From: Patellaria atrata CBS 101060
Lineage: Eukaryota
DNA length: 64,000 nucleotides
Direction: 5' to 3'
NCBI GenBank assembly: GCA_010093705.1
Contig: MU006099.1
Span: forward strand, 186,001-250,000
Shown: positions 63,266-64,000 of the stretch, one piece after another
Position numbering within the stretch: the first letter of the stretch is position 1
Layout: each line of letters starts with the position of its first letter
The notes under the pieces: model-generated
Databases searched by the model: none
What the model was told of the DNA's origin: nothing
Seen by the model: only the letters and a program-made list of their open reading frames with translations
Made by a program: the position numbers and the translations under genes

Positions 63266-64000
63266 ATGGAATTTGAACGAAATGAAGGAGAACTCGGATC
63301 AAAGTCTTTACATTCAAGCGAATCGCAGGTAACAACCATATGAACTGTGCCCTTTCGCCCTTCTCGTTAACACTGTCTGAGCGAATCCAAGGATGAAACC
63401 AGCGGAAGGTCAAGCGGCTTCACCTCAGTCTATCAAACTGCACCATACTCTACCGACAAGTTCAAAGACCCAACGCAAAGGTTCATCAGCACTATCGATA
63501 AACAAGAACAGCAGAAATTGAGGGATCCTCTTGTCGCAAGCTATTTGAGATTAGATGATCTCAATGGCGCTCCAAAACAGTCGTCAATATCTCACCATCC
63601 TCTAAGCTCTTCTCAACTTCAGAGTAGAGGAAACAAAAAGAGGCGGACGAAAAGACAATGTCCGTCCCCGAAAAGAACGATGGTTGATGACTTCCATATA
63701 ACGAAACCTGCAATAGCTTACATGACCGAAAAGCATAAGGTTGAAGGTCGGGATCCTGAGCCAGAAAAGCATGCGCTGCTACTCAGCAATGAGAAACCAT
63801 TGATAGAGGTGCCAGAAAGTACGATGAACAAACTTAAGTCATTCATCTACAAACCACAGATAACTTCCATTGAGGCAGTAAGAGCACGGAAAGGGTTTGG
63901 AATCTCGATTTATGATATTGTGGACAGTGAGTCTGAGCCTGAGACTCAAAGTACCCAGATTGTTCCTCTGTCCACGACGCCAAAGCCAAGACAGGACAGC
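63266..64000 (+). CDS. hypothetical protein, runs off the window end
   Basis: MEFERNEGELGSKSLHSSESQ, intron 63329-63391, then a stop-free frame of about 200 codons to the edge. Confidence 0.55.

Overview
64 kb of an intron-containing filamentous ascomycete (Pezizomycotina) genome. Conserved genes recognisable from motifs: EMP65/TAPT1, an HSL-type alpha/beta hydrolase, a dynamin/Mx-like GTPase, GMPPA-like mannose-1-P guanylyltransferase, IND1/NUBPL, BFR2, KAR2/BiP, an MCT-type and a DHA1-type MFS transporter, acuK/ERT1, BUD22, FMN1, a CE5 acetylxylan esterase, RIB7 and LSB5. Orphan genes and decayed coiled-coil pseudogenes lie between them, and there is a 100-N assembly gap. The main finding is not in the ORF track. 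Two paralogous minus-strand genes (43 aa at 52642-52773, 45 aa at 59596-59733) encode a Ser/Thr-rich N-terminus, a Cys-rich core and the identical C-terminus CSCCIIPCTVM, which ends in a CaaX box. They bracket a co-oriented, probably membrane-anchored heme-oxygenase-like diiron enzyme and RIB7. This is a candidate prenylated Cys-rich peptide system (a-factor-like pheromone, RiPP or membrane-tethered metallothionein). A second notable orphan combines a transmembrane segment, LC8-type QT motifs and GLFG repeats. All calls come from manual reading and translation; no database searches were run.
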